In this document: positions 12,271 through 26,599 of the stretch, in pieces
Numbering within the stretch: the stretch's first letter is position 1
Layout of the letters: every line of letters begins with the position of its first letter
From: Octopus bimaculoides
Taxonomy: Eukaryota
Length of the DNA: 64,000 bases
Reading direction: 5' to 3'
NCBI RefSeq assembly: GCF_001194135.2
Contig: NC_068984.1
Location: forward strand, 95,426,922 to 95,490,921
Position numbers and translations under genes: made by a program
The notes under the pieces: generated by a model
Database searches by the model: none
Told to the model about the DNA's origin: nothing
Seen by the model: the letters and a program-made list of their open reading frames with translations, nothing else

Positions 12271-12704
12271 AGGCGTAGGTGTGGCTGTGTGGTAAGTAGC
12301 TTGCTTACCAACCACATGGTTCTGGGTTCAGTCCCACTGCATGGCACCTTGGGCAAGTGTCTTCTACTATAGCCTTGGGCCGACCAAAGCCTTGTGAGTG
12401 GATTTGGTAGACGGAAACTGAAAGAAGCCCGTCGTATATATGTATATATATGTGTGTGTGTGTGTGTATGTTTGTGTGTCTGTGTTTGTCCCCCCAACAT
12501 CGCTTGACAACCGATGCTGGTGTGTTTACGTCCCCGTAACTTAGCGGTTCGGCAAAAGAGACCGATAGAATAAGTACTAGGCTTACAAAGAATAAGTCCT
12601 AGGCTTACAAAGAATAAGTCCTGGGGTCGATTTGCTCGACTAAAGGCGGTGCTCCAGCATGGCCACAGTCAAATGACTGAAACAAGTAAAAGAGTAAAAG
12701 AGTA
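12271..12704 (+). mobile_element. tRNA-derived CORE-like SINE (similar in type to described octopus CORE-SINEs)
   Basis: A box tggctgtgtgg at 12282, B box gggttcagtcc at 12324, CORE-like ccttgggcaagtgtcttc, and tail ending aaagagtaaaagagta. The family name is inferred. Confidence 0.85.
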
Positions 12705-13082
12705 ACTGCGATCTCACTTTACTTGCCAGGACTTCTCAATCACAGCATATCTCCAAAGGTATCCATCTCTTGTCATTGCCTCTGTGAGGCCCAACATTCG
12801 AAGGTCATGCTTCACCACCTCATCCTGGATCTACCTCTTCCACAGGTTCCTTCCACTTCTTCACACAGCTGTCTTCATCCATATGCAATATATGACCATT
12901 ATGTAGTACATAATCACTCACTCTCTCTCACCCACATACAAAACCTATTTTGATTGACAGCTTAGTTTTTCTTTTTATTAGAAAATCTCTTCCATAATCT
13001 AAACAATTAAAAGAAATACTAATGTAGGCATAAATAGTCAAATTTTTAATACAAATAGCACAATGCTTGGGTTACCAGAAGA

Positions 13083-14490
13083 TCATCATCATCATTTAAT
13101 GTCTGCTTTCCATGCTGGCATGGGTTAGATAATTTGACTGGAACTGGTAAGCTGGAGATGATTTGAAAGGAGCTGGTAAGCTGAGTCACTCGCACCAGCC
13201 AATTATGATTTCATTTGGCTTGACAGAGTCTTCTCAAGCACAGCAAATCACCAAAGGTCATGATCAGTTGTCATTGCCTCCATGAGGCCTCACATTCAAA
13301 GATCATGCTTTACAACCTAGTTTCATGTCTTCCTGGTCTACCTCTTCCACAGGTTCTCTTCATAGTTAGAGATAGGCACTTTTTTATGCAGCAGTCCTCA
13401 CCCATACATATCACATGACCATACCAGCACGGTCATCTCTCTTGCAAACCACACCTGATGCCCAGTTTTTCTCTCAAAATGCTTACACTCTGTTGTATAT
13501 GTACACTGACATTACACATCCAGCAGAGCATACAACATTCATTTCTTTCAAGACTTCACATGTCCTCTGCAGTCACGACACATGTTTCACTGCCATGTAA
13601 CATGACTGTTCGCATACAGGCATCATACAATCTGCTTTTGAGTCTGAGGGAGAGGCCTTTGTTGCCAACAGAGGTAGAAGCTCTCTGAACTTTGCCCAGC
13701 CTATTCTTATTCTAGCAGCTATGCTTTGAGAGCATCCACCTCCACTGCTGACTTGGTCACCTAGATAATGAAAGCTACCAACTACTTTTAGGTATCTCCC
13801 TTGCATTTGATGGAATCTATTTTCTGTATATTTCTAGCATTTATTGTACCTGTACTGCCACATACACAGACTATTTTTGCTGTTAACCTTCCTCTGATAT
13901 TGCTGCACCTTTTATGTGTTTATAGCTTGTACTGGGTACACCTTATGGAGTTTCTACCTATGCCTTTTCTACATATCTGAAGGGATTTGTGATTTGTCTG
14001 TTAAGTAGGAAATACCTAGTAGGAAATACTTAGTAAGGTTTTACTTTTTGCTAAATTAACTCTAGGACCCTTTGATTCCAGACCTTTCTCCAGTTCTGAT
14101 AGAGATTCAGCTATAAGAACAAGGTCATCAGCATAGAGGAGCTCCCAGGGGCAGTCCAATTTAAATTTCTCTGTTATTGCCTCGAGGACTATGATGAACA
14201 AGAGGGGCTGAGGACTGATCCTTGGTGAACTCCTATTTGTACATGGAATTCATTGCTATACTCGTTGCCAACCCTCACCTTACTAACAGCATCTCTGTAC
14301 ATGGCCTGTATAGCTCTCTATTCCTAGTTTCTGCAATGGCCACCAGATAAGGGAACATTTACACTCCATGTAAACAAAAGCCAAGTACAAAGGTCTATTA
14401 TTAGCTAGGTATTTACCAGTTGCCTTACCAGAAATATAGCATCAGTGGTGCATCTCCCAGGCACAAAATTGATTTTATTCATAAATTTTT
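13083..14490 (-). mobile_element. RTE LINE, RT-to-3'-end fragment
   Basis: Frames FVPGRCTTDAIFLVRQL, CPWELLYADDLVLIAES and FHYLGDQVSSGGGCSQSIAARIRIGWAKFRELLPLL, followed by the RTE tail at 13083-13300. Confidence 0.9.
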
Positions 14491-14590
14491 TAATTAGGTA
14501 GTTAAAAAATGGAAATTCTATTTGGTTTACCAGAATGAACTTTATTCCTTTTAACCTCTTATCATACAGAAATATTAAATATATTCTTAA

Positions 14591-14865
14591 CCCATTACCT
14601 ACCAGTGATCTCATGAGATTACTTAAAAATTACAAATTTCGTAATTATCTGTCAATATTTACACATATCTAACCTTTTTGCTATATCTACTAGGTATATT
14701 TTTCTGATATTCAAATGAGGTTTGCTAATTTTTCACCCAATATCTCACTTATTTCTATTTAAAATGTTATTTTGATCATTCCAGCGTGTTTCTAAGGCTG
14801 TTTTATGCTAGAAATTAAAGTTTCATTAAAAAATTCCAGTTAATAGAATTATGGGAGGTAATGGG
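14591..14865. mobile_element. TTAA-flanked MITE (piggyBac-type)
   Basis: TTAA|cccattacctacc ... gggaggtaatggg|TTAA: terminal inverted repeats plus TTAA duplication (14587-14590, 14866-14869). Confidence 0.85.
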
Positions 14866-14914
14866 TTAATTGGAAAATGTAGTCATGGTATTGGGACAAT
14901 ATTCTGCACCTTAA

Positions 14915-15230
14915 GTTATGACAGCTGAGGCCTCCACAGGGATCTGTTCTTGGTCCCTGTAATTCATATGTATTAATGAAATAGATGCCAATTTAGATCC
15001 TATTACTGTGCTAAAATATGTGGATCTGTTCTTTCCCACAGTCTGATTTTGACATAATGCAGCAATGGATTGCTGACCTTTAAACATTTCAAGATAAAAA
15101 CATGGAATTTACTTACTTAGTGACACAAACCTTAAGAAGTCAGTTGGCAAACATGACCTGGACATTATTGTCAATGATGACACACACTGGACAAACTAGA
15201 TTTTTAAAATTGTCAAAAAGGTTTAAGGTT
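14915..15230 (+). mobile_element. CR1-like LINE RT relic
   Basis: ggcctccacagggatctgttcttggtccc encodes GLPQGSVLGP and is followed by an INEIDANL-like segment. Confidence 0.6.
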
Positions 15231-15369
15231 TAAGGTATAAATGTGTATTTATGGGAATGCATGCATGCACATACATATGTGTGTATGTATATCTATAAGC
15301 TCTTAAAATTAGATATATGTATGCACAAATATGTGTAAGTATTTGGGTATGAGCATATATAAATGCTCT

Positions 15370-18300
15370 CTTCCGATGGTCGTCCCTTGTCATGGTAGAA
15401 GAGCTTGTGTGTTCCAATGATTCTTTGAGTGATACTGTCTGGAGTCTTAGACACCTGGTAGGGCCACCCATAGCTGCAAGGTCGAGGATGAGGTCCCAGA
15501 ATAAACACAACCAAACACCAACAGCAGAGCAAGAGGAAGAGGGCTATCTCAAGCTCCCAAGGATTGACTCCAGCAGCTCGCTGCAACCAGTCTCATCAAA
15601 ACTGCACATCTCAATTCTTGAGCTGCAGTAGAGAAGTTCTTGGCCAAATGCATGCATGCATGTGGGTGTCGCGCAGCCATGATCACCTCAAACAATTTAC
15701 TCAGTGAATGGCTTCATCTTTCTGATCTGTCTCAAAAAGCCCAATGTCAATGGTATCGTGGGCACTGGAGGCAGGTCTGGAAAGCTGGAAGCCTCTAGTC
15801 CGTGACAACTCATTGGCAGTGAATCTCAGATGGTCGCTCTCCAATGAATAGCCGTGACATTGGAGTTCAGCAGCTAGACTTGTGACTGGGCTGGCCTCTT
15901 TAGGACTACCGCAACCCACTCCTCAAGGGGAAGCCCCTAGAAAAGGTGGGTAAACATCGGACATGGAAAATTGATCTGGCCAGCATACTGTGGCTGGTGG
16001 ACCTCCCACTTAGCGGTTGGAACTCTACTAAATCCTCTGTTTCACAACCTCTCACCTTTGAAGTCCAGAACATCCACACTCTCCAGGACAAGAGTTACAT
16101 TAATCGACTAGAGCGACGTCCAGCCCTCATCTGCAAGGAACTTGCTCACTTCAACATCAACATGGTAGTCTTGAGTGAGACTAGGCTTCCTGGAGAAGGC
16201 AGCATCAGGAAAGCTGGCTCCAAATACACCATTGTTTGGAAAGAGAAGAATCCTAATGAATTACACATCCTTGCCATCAAAATGCAACTCATGGACCAAC
16301 ACAGACTCAACCCAACTGCTGTCAGTAAGTGCCTGATGACTGTTCGGATCCCACTCATTTGGGACAGATTCCTTACGCTGATCTCTATGCATGCTCTTAC
16401 CCTCACATCTGAAGATGACATCAAGGCTTTGTTCTACAACCTGCTGGACCGCACCATCCAGACAGTCCCTGCACACGACAAACTCGTTGTGTTGGGGGAC
16501 ATCACCTGCTCCACCTTCTTATTTCTCGCCTTGACATCAAGATCTGCCGCCCACCAAAGCGGGTCTCAACAAAAATTCCTTGCCAATGCTTCAATTGCAC
16601 CAAACTCCAGAACTCACAGGCATCCCAAGACTTCAGGGAATCCATTGAGAGACAGCTGATGGACCTCCCAAAGCCAACCTCCATTGAGGATCACTGGGCC
16701 AGCCTTTGTGAAGCCATGACCGCTGCCACTGAGGAGACGATCAGCTTTGCCTGGAAGAAAGTCCAAGACTGGTTTGACGAGAATGATGAAACCATCTCCC
16801 GTTTTATCAAAGCTAAACTCCAGATGTGCTTAGCCCTCGAGAACCATGCCACTGCGGAGAACAAATGAAAACACCAGCAAGCATCAGTGGAATGTCAGCA
16901 AGGAATTCAAGAAGCTCAGAACATCTAGTGGCAGAGGAAAGCAGAGGAGATGCAAAACTATGTGGACCAACGAGATTTGTGCAGCTTTTATGCTGCAACC
17001 AAGGAGATCTTTGGCCCCACAAGGTCATGAGTGGGCAGCCTGTAGAACACAGCTGGCTCTATGATAACCAACACCCAGGGAATCCTTGATCGCTGGAAGT
17101 CTCATTTCGATTGCCTACTTAACAACCACTCATGCACTCCTGACGATCTCCTCCAAAACACCCCACAGCTCCCCAAACACCATTGAATGTTCCTGCCGCC
17201 CTCACGACGAGTTCAACAAGGCACTTGTGTACATGAAGCCAGGGAAGCTCCAGGATCAGACAATATCCCGTTTGAGTTTTTCATTCACGGAGGTCCTGAG
17301 CTGAGAAATCATCTGATGCTCCTTATCCTCAAGATCTGGGAAAGCAAGACACCCCCGAATAACTTCCATGATGCAACTATCAACACCATCTACAAGAAGG
17401 GAAACCAAGAGGATTGCAATAACTATTGGGGCATCTCACTCCTGAGAATTGCAAGTAAGATCTCTGCCTGTATCCTAACTCAATCACCTCATCATCCTCA
17501 TGGAAGATATCCTCCCTCAAGGCACAATCGACATAATCTTTTGTGCCCGTCAACTCCAGGAGAAGTGTCAGGAACAGCAACAGCCTGCAATGTTCATCTT
17601 CTGGGATCTAAAGAAAGCCTTTGATAAAGTCCTCCGTCCTGCAATATGGTCTGTCCTTGCTTGGTTTGGATGTTTGGAGGACTTCATTGCTCTGGTCCAC
17701 TTCCCTCCATGATGGCATGGTAGGCAGTGTATGCCATCAAAATGCCCTCACAAACTCATTTATCATCACTGGGAGTCTTAAGCAAGGATGCATCCTGGCA
17801 CCAACCTGTTTCTCTTTGTACATGGCTGCCATGTTCAACGAAATCCCACTAGACTTGCCCTCCATCAACATGTGCTATTGCTTGGATAGCAGACTCTTCA
17901 ATCTCACACATCTCCACGCAAAGACGATGACCTCTGCCATCTCAGTCTATGAGGTGCAGTATGCCAATGACAATGCCACTCCGAGTCAACCTGCACAAGG
18001 CCAGGACAGTCCATCCACAAACATTAGCATCAATGGCCAACCCCTAGAAGTTGAACACTTCAGATACCTTGGAAGTATCCTTTCAAAGACCCCCATGTGT
18101 GAAAAGGATGTGGAGAACAGGATTGGGGCGGGCCACTCCACCTTCGACAGACTAAGCCAACGTGTATTCTTCAATCATGCGCTGACCATCTGGACAAAGA
18201 TCATGGTCTTCCATGCCATTGTCCTGTCAACTCTACTCTACACATGTGAGACTTGGATGTTATACCGCTATGACTTCAAGCGCCTTGAATGCTTCCAGCA

Positions 18301-18830
18301 AGCTATGACAGATTGTGAACTTACAATGGAAAAATCATGTTACCAACAATGAGATTCTTCGCTGTGCCTCATTACCAAGTGTCGAAGCCACCATTCTTCG
18401 CCATCGTCTCTGCTGGGTGGGTCATATCAAGTATATGGAGCCCTCATCTCCCAACGATCATGCTCTATGGAGAACTTGCAATTGGAACAAAACCCAGAAG
18501 AGGTCTGAAATTCCGTTTTAAAGACAAGCTCAAATGGACCTTGGCTCAAGCTAACATCCAGCTATCCTCATGGGAACAGATTGCCATGGATAAGACAGCC
18601 TGGAGGACTGCTATCTGCAATGGAGCCAGCTCCTTCGAACAGAACAGACAACAGAATGAGGAGGCAAAACACAGCATCCTTGACCTGCACCAACCATCCC
18701 ATGTGAGTTCTGCCCACAACTCTTTCACCACGGACTTGGACTCCAAAGTCACTTTCAGCACAAACATCAGCCGAGGAGACTGGATGGAAACTGACGAATC
18801 CAATGCTCAGATACAAGCTGGAGCTGATGA
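15370..18830 (+). mobile_element. Near full-length RTE (BovB-like) LINE, decayed
   Basis: 5' UTR cccttgtcatggtagaagagcttg...gggccaccc. Endonuclease ORF 15946-16659 (VVLSETRL, LVVLGD). RT segments TIDIIFCARQLQEK, FWDLKKAFDK, LKQGCILAPTCFSLY, FRYLGS. C-terminal LYGELAIGTKPRRGLKFRFKDKLK. Many frameshifts and an internal deletion after GD near 16500. Confidence 0.92.
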
Positions 18831-20829
18831 TATAAATACTGTTAAGCTTGCATCATTGTCCTCTTTAATAGCCTCTTGTTTATCTACACTCCTATCACTC
18901 ACACCTCTCTTATTTTGCTGTACATGTTTCTGTTGTCAATGTCTCTAGTGCGCATGCCCCTCTTGCTCATATAACATCAAGACATCATTCAATAAGACTT
19001 TTCTCAGTCATTCACCTTAAAAATTATATGTGACTATGGACTATCAAAACTTACAATTTGCATTTCCATAATGGAATCCCCATCTTATTCAGTATATTAA
19101 TCCACAAGAAGCTGTCTGGAAATGTGTCATGAGATAAATGGTCTCTATCAATTACTTATGTCTCACCTTTCTTGGATGTCGGTTCCAGCAGTCAGTGGTA
19201 ATAATTTCTTTCTTGAACTGATGAACTCATTATATATCTCATGTATCACTTAAATACTGACAGTTCCATGTCGTTGAGAGAGGATTAGTAATAAAAAGAA
19301 AACCAAATGATTTGACTAGTCATGATTACTGAAAGATTTAAACTTAAAATAAGAATGGCTACATTTAAACTATATAGTGATAATATTATTTACAAGGTAA
19401 CTAGTCTCTCTTTCTCACACTTCTTCACAACAGAGGGATTACCATATTCAGAAACATTGGTATTTTGTGCATGTATGAAAGCATGAAATTAAATTGGTGA
19501 TAAAATTGATTAATTTTTCACTTGGTTAATAACATTATAATGGCTGAGAGATTATGGTATTAATACATTAATAAAACACATACACAGATATGAGCAAAAT
19601 GAAACCTTCAATTTAATAACTACTGTCTAATCATCAAAAGCTCAAAGAAACTCCTAATTAACTCACACTGTCATCAACAGACCTAAATAGAGTTTAATCA
19701 TAGAGAGATTAAGAACTGATATTTTGTGGCAGTAATTTTATCAAATCTGGAGAGATGCCAAATAAACATGACACTGCAACTGAGATGCAGATTAAATGTT
19801 CGAACATTTAAAGTTTAGCTCTCAACTGATTGCTACATTAATGGCATCATAATAGCAATCCACACCAAAAAAGGAATATTTTGCAGGGTAGGGGTGAGTG
19901 AAACAAATCAGCGTATGAATGGTATTTCATTAGATTTGTTAGTTGAACTGTAGATCAGGTGTCGGGACCTCTCACATCAATATTTTACCCTTATTCTAAT
20001 TAAAAATATCCACTGATGATGAACTTCTCTAAAAATGTTTATGAACCCAAAAAATAAAAAAGTTTATATCTTCAGATCAAAACAGGTAAATTAACATAAG
20101 TTACAAACTTGTAAAATTGACAATATGTGTACCTATAAGTCACCTCAAGTGCTAAAGAGATTCTTCAACTTAAAGAGACAAAGCATATATACTAAGGGAA
20201 TGAGTCATTGATACTGATGCCCTCACAGCTATGTCTATACATAGAGCAATTTTAATGGAAAAACTAGGATATAGCTATAGTTAGTAGGACATCCTTTCCA
20301 AGAATAAATTCTCTCTAGTAGAGGCAATGTGTCACTTGCTTGTGAACTTCACTTAGCAATTAAGTGACATTAAAAGGAAATGGACTAAATTTTCTCTAAA
20401 ATAATGTCAACATGACTAAGAGAGACTACTCCACTCAACGTATTTATTGTTCTACTATGTTTGCTAGTAAAGTTTAAATACAAGGCTTCCCTTGCCCTCT
20501 TTGGGAATCTGTGACCCACTTTTGATTCGCTGTTTTGCTTATTAATATCACTGCATTCTGGTTTGCTGTTTTTTTTACTGAGAGATATACATATGTAATT
20601 CATTCTTTCATTTGTTTAATATCTGTCTCTTTTCCTTTACTGGCATGGATTGGATGGAGAGGTATTTGAAACAGATTTTACTATTGAATGCTCTTCCTGT
20701 CACCAACTCAAGTAAGGGATAGCAATCAGATATAATGTCAACAAGGAATACAAACATCACACCTGGCTCACCCTAGTGAAGCCATAGGTTGAAAATTTTC
20801 ATGCACACACACACACACACACACACACA

Positions 20830-20995
20830 CGTAATGGGCTTTCTGCAGTATACATCTACCATATTCACTCACAAGGTATTGGTCAACTTGGGACTATAGC
20901 AGAAGACACTTGTCCAAGGTATTGTACAGGAGGACTGAACCCAAAACCATGTAGTTGCAAAGCAAACTTCTTTACCACACAGCCACACCTTCACC
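20830..20995 (-). mobile_element. CORE-like SINE copy
   Basis: Reverse copy of the 12271 head (ggactgaacccaaaaccatg...ttaccacacagccac). Confidence 0.75.
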
Positions 20996-21209
20996 TACAC
21001 AGTCATGCCATATTTATGTCTGCTTTACAAGCTGGCATGTGTTAGAGGACCACATCTTGCTTGTATTTGTTTTTGGTTTGGTTTCAATGACTGGATGCCC
21101 CTCCAAACACCAACCACTTCACGGAGCATACTAGGTGCATTTTCCATGACACCAACAGCAGAGAGGTTGTTTTGCCTTTAACAAAACTAAAGGGGCCTCC
21201 CAACTCCTA

Positions 21210-21640
21210 AGTGTACTGGGCACATTTTATTGTGACACTAGAACTAGAAAGGACAATGGGGAATGAGAGAGAGAGTGATGGGTAGCAAGTAGAGGATAAA
21301 TGGTGAGAGGGAGTGGCAGATTTCAATACCAAAAACCATTTGAAGAGTTTAAGTAGATGTATGAGGTACATGTATATATGATAAGGTCCCTTATGCATAG
21401 GCTTCAAGATGGGTAAAGAACTAGGGTGAAATGATGAGAGGGAGATTGGTTGAATTCTTGGTGATAGGGTCAGTGGCATCCCAGATTACACTGGAAGCAA
21501 TGTATGGTAAATGAAATTCATTACGATCCTTAGTTACTCTGGTGGCAGTGTACAGTATGACTGAGATGGGAGTGATTGAAAGATGAGCAATAGGAACATG
21601 AGCACCAGATACATGAGTATGGGCAACAAAGATATAGGAA
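21210..21640 (-). mobile_element. Old LINE endonuclease relic (I/Jockey-like)
   Basis: Decayed frames end in SLSFPIVL, reminiscent of the APE SDHxPI motif; weak. Confidence 0.3.
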
Positions 21641-23049
21641 GAGTGGAATAGGGGAATAAAATATGAAATATAAAAATACAGATGTTTTACAAAATGGTGG
21701 TATGTGCCATAGAATATAGTTAGAATTTTCTTAATTAACTGAAATGCTTTCAAGAAATGCAGAAACATTACATAACCTCATTCTCACTCCACTCCTGTCT
21801 ACCATAAAAAAAAAATAACAATTCTTTTACTTCATCACAAATGGAAATCAATGCTCTCACCACTGAGCCAGGTGCCTTTTTATTCTTTCTCATTATCTGA
21901 GAGGTAATTATCATATTTAGTCTAGAATAGCAAATAGTGAAGTTAACCTGTGTGGTGAACTCAAAACACAGTGATTGAAATTAACACTGTAAATTAATTA
22001 TCTCCAACCATTTTCTATAATATTGACTTCTAATATATGCACAAGACCTCAAGTTTAGGGGAGGATATAATCAATTACATTGGTTCAGTAGTTGACTGGG
22101 CCAATGCATTATGTATCACCTTGATACATAAACTCAATAGAGGAATCCACATGTTTCCACAGTCTTGATTTCTGCTTTGATTAGCATATTGCTTATACTA
22201 CTTTCCTGCCTACAGGTCAGATGTTCAATTCTTGTTTAAGACACTGAGTCCTTTCACAAAGCACTTTATTTTCTCCAGTTTTCACAGTTGAGATATTGCC
22301 TGAACAAAACAGACAGATAAAAATGTGACCAACTGCGGTAAAGCACGAGGGATACATTTATATTTATATCACAATCTACTGCAATAAATAGTCATTCATA
22401 GGTATCTACTTCTACAGGCATGAAAATAAAGAATTGGAATTCGAGATATTCATGCCTTGCCAAAGGGTGCTTATTGAAAAAGGGTTACAATATCATTATT
22501 ATGAATTGAAACAGGTCACAAAACCTGTTGTCTCTTTAAATTATTTTTATACTTAATGAGACACAACAGAAGACTATAAGGCTTATTGAGTTGAAGTTAA
22601 CATCTTACAGATGTAATAGAATGATCAAATAATCAAGTGTTTATGTTTCAAAAATGATATAAATAAAAAGAACACAAAACCCCACCCAAAACAAGATCAG
22701 TTTATACTTGTGACTGTGAAAAACTACATAATTACATATGATTTATAATGTAAACACAAGACAAATATTAAAATTACCACCTACATTCACAATGTATGTT
22801 GAGTAGGGACCCTCCTCTTCAATAATCAATGAAAAAAGCAATAACAGAATGAAGATGGTTTAAATGACTGTATTATAATTAGAACAAGTGAAATGGATGC
22901 TTCTTGACGGTTTAGATTGAGACTTATGGTGGTTTGCTGTCCTTGAGAAGATATGACAAGCCAAGTAAAATCTTTGCTTGCAGGCATGTCCCCTACATCC
23001 CTCATCAGCTGAGTGATCCTAATCTTATGGGCTCGTGGGTGCTGATGCA

Positions 23050-23290
23050 CTGTGAAAAACACCTGTGCGGTGCCACATAAAAGCATCCAAACCGATGCTG
23101 TGTAAAGCACCTAGTACACTCTGTAAAGTGGTTGGCATTAGGAAGGACATCTAGCCATAGATGCCAAAACTGATATGGAGTTTGGGTAACTCTTCAGCTG
23201 GCCAGTTCCTGTAAAACTGTCCAACCCATGCCAGCATGGAAAATGGACGTTAAGTGATGATGGTGATGGTAATGACGATGATGATGATGA
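23050..23290 (+). mobile_element. RTE-related SINE tail
   Basis: aaagcacc...gtggttggcattaggaaggacatc...ccaacccatgccagcatggaaaatggacgttaa followed by (GAT)n. Confidence 0.8.
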
Positions 23291-23566
23291 TATATATATA
23301 TATATATATATATANNNNNNNNNNNNNNNNNNNNNNNNNNNNNNNNNNNNNNNNNNNNNNNNNNNNNNNNNNNNNNNNNNNNNNNNNNNNNNNNNNNNNN
23401 NNNNNNNNNNNNNNNNNNNNNNNNNNNNNNNNNNNNNNNNNNNNCACACACAAAATAAGTTCAATACACTCTAGAATTATCAAAGACATGCTTCAGTTTT
23501 TCTAAAATTGAATAAAATAAATAAAATAATGATGAATACACATGTACTTGTACATGGTGAAGAAAA

Positions 23567-23606
<40 letters not shown>

Positions 23607-23989
23607 TAATAACAATAAAATATAAATAAAATGTCAAATGTTTTAGTGTGTGACTTCTGGCCCACCCTATATATCTGTATGTGTGTGTGTATAATTAAAG
23701 AAATCTTAAGAGTAACAACAGAACATTTACTGATGAGAAAAGACTTAATACAAAATGTATTGAATAAGTTGTCAGAATCAAAATGATTACACCCACATGT
23801 GCACATAGATTTATAGCTTTTTTTTTTCAAGTTATTATCTTCTTTTTGCTTGTTTACACCCAGTTTTCTTTGCTAAGAGGTGGGGAGGGGGATTTTTTTT
23901 AATGTTTGGAACGAACAGTTTACATAAAAGGAAAAGGAATCATCATATTTCATCCAAAAGTGAAAATATATATATATAAAAAAAATAAC

Positions 23990-24275
23990 AGATGATAACA
24001 GTTTACTCAAAGTAGCTGCCCTTAGCTTCTGTAAGGCCTCAAGGTGGCTCCAGAACCTGGCACATGCATGCCTCACAGTGTCCCTATGAAGATCTTTGAA
24101 TACCTCCCATTGATCTTGGCTACCAACTCAACTTTGGTGTTGTAGGCAGAGTAGTTAATGTCTTTCTCAACTGTACCCCATACACATACACAGTAATCCA
24201 TAAGATTTCAATCAGGGGAATTAAGAGGCCTGAAATTGGGGCTGATGAAATGGCAGAAATTCTCCAACAACAAAA
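23990..24275 (-). mobile_element. Tc1/mariner (maT-like) transposase C-terminal fragment
   Basis: Reconstructed NSPD*NLMDYCV..WGTVEKDINYSAYNTKVELVAKI...RHACARFWSHLEAL; a separate Tc1-type terminus gacttctggcccaccct|ata lies near 23670. Confidence 0.7.
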
Positions 24276-25379
24276 AAAAGTATTAAAATGATCTGAACAA
24301 AATAGAAAACTAAAAGCATTTTTATCAAGTCTTTAAAGTCAAAATACTTGGTTGATGTACTTGAGATCAAATTAATAATATCAAAGGCATTTTGTGAAAT
24401 GGATAGCAAATGAATTGAAGAACTGGTTGGATGAAATAAACTAATAATTCAAACTCCCAAATACTTGTTAGATGATAAAAAAAAAACAATCTAATAAAGT
24501 AAGATATAAACTAAGAATGTTGCATAATGATGCTAACAATTAATACAGACTGTGTTGAGATACAGCCATTACTTTTGTCACCCAGTGTACTGCATGTCAT
24601 ATGTGATCTGTAGACTAGTGACAAAAAAATATAATGAATTCTACAGAGTTGTTTGGGGTGTAGTTATAGGATGAAGGGCAACAGATATGATCTTTTGTCA
24701 GGACTCTGTCATTGATGGGAGACAAAGAAAAAGAGATTATAACAGGTTTTTCTCATGACCAGAGACCTGATCTTAATTTTGTTGATCCTGCTAAAGATAT
24801 GCAAAGGCCAGGTAATGGTATTAACCTGAATAGCAAACTAAATTTACCATCTATGAACAAGTATAATTCATCTGACAGGCATCACCACTGTTTCTACTTA
24901 TTCAGTTCTGACCTTAGAAGGATTTGAATTTAGAACATAAAAGAAATACTGCAAGGTATTTGTCAAAGAGTCTTAGATATTTTAGATTTGGATTAACTGA
25001 TAGCTTTATATTTATTTTTAGTCTGTTTCAATTAATTCAACGACAGTACTTGTTGTTGAGAAGGTCACCAATATAATTAATCTAAACTAGGCGAAATATA
25101 ATGAAGAAAATATAAAAATAGAAATAAGCAATATGATTTAATTTAATGTATAATTAGTTGAGTGTTTATATTATGAGTTAAGATTGTAAGTGGGTTTGAA
25201 AGGTGTTAATAAAGATTAACCACTAGATTAACCCATTTGTTACCATATTTCTATTGAAATTCACTGTCTTTGTTTCAGTTCATTTTGAAAATAATAAATT
25301 CAATAAAATAACATTGTCATTACAAGATACTCCTATGGAATGTGATCAAACAAGGTTTATTTTTAAACATAGACCCCCT

Positions 25380-26400
25380 TGCAGCCCTCATACTTCCTCC
25401 ATAGATGTTGCAGTGCTTGGATTCCGCTGGTGAAGAAGCTTTCATCCTATTGGTCAAAAAAGTCATCAACAGCAGATATGACATTATCATCATTGCCATA
25501 CAGGTTCCCAGTCAAGTGTTTTTCATGTTAAGGGTCAGATGACAGTCAGATGAGGTCAAATCAGGAGTACAGTGAGCATGATCAACCAGTTCAAAGTCAG
25601 TCATGTACAGCAGCCATTGGAACCAAGGACTTGTATGCTGGAGCATTGTCCTGATGAAACAAGACCCCTTTTGTCAGCTCTCCTGGGCATTTAGTCTTGA
25701 TAACCTTTTGTTACTGCCTCAGCAAGTTGGAACAGTAGTCTCTATTGATGGTGTGGTCCTTTTGAAGATACTCAATAAACACAATGCCTTTTGTATCTCC
25801 CAAAAACAGAGGCAGTCACCTTCCCTACAGATGAAATGACTTTGACCTTCTTTGGAGCAGGTGAGAAGAGGTATTTCCACTGCATGGATTGCCTCTTGTC
25901 TCTGCCTCAAAGTGATGAACCCAACATTCACCCTGAATTAGGAAACATTCAAGGAAATGTGATGTGATCAACCTGGTGTGCTTTTGATTAGATGTCAGAA
26001 GTGGCAGTACCCACTAAATAGAAACCTTCATCATGCCAAGTTCATTTTGCAGAGTATTCTCAACTCTCTCATGGGATATGGCAATTTGATTTAGAGTCAG
26101 TTGCCTGTCATCCATCACCATGTGGTGAACATGATCAATGTTTTCCTTGGTGGTGGCAGCTACAAGACATCCAGACATTAGGTCATCTTCAAGTCCCTCC
26201 CTTCCCCTCCTAAATTCAGCTGCCCACTGTTGTACTGTTGATAAAGCTGGAGTGTTATCTCCTACTGTAGCAACCATGTAAGCATGAATGACCTTGTGGG
26301 CTAAAGATTTTTCTGCAGGTACTTCACAATGCCAAATTTTGTTCATTTTCAAGAGAAGTCACTACAAGTTACTTTTGAAGTCTTCTTTGAACAGTCAGAT
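25380..26400 (-). mobile_element. mariner transposon relic
   Basis: ORF 26014-26352 (STVQQWAAEFRRGREGLEDD..SG...TTKENIDHV) is a mariner N-terminal HTH region; the decayed catalytic region lies at 25440-25930. Confidence 0.85.
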
Positions 26401-26599
26401 GTCAGTTTACCAGGAAAGAAACAATGCAGTTATTAATTCAGCCCATCCTCTTACACTGAAATTGACAGGAGTGACCATCTTTTATTTTGTGTGTGTGTGT
26501 GTGTGTGTTGTAACTCATCTTTTGATATTGTCCTCCAATAAACAACATCATTATCATCATCATCATCATCATCATCAGTAGTAGTAGTAGTAGTAAAAG

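Noticed and set aside
12271-12345. tRNA-like A/B boxes in SINE heads
   Set aside because: No cloverleaf or anticodon arm; they continue into SINE core and tail, so they are not tRNA genes.
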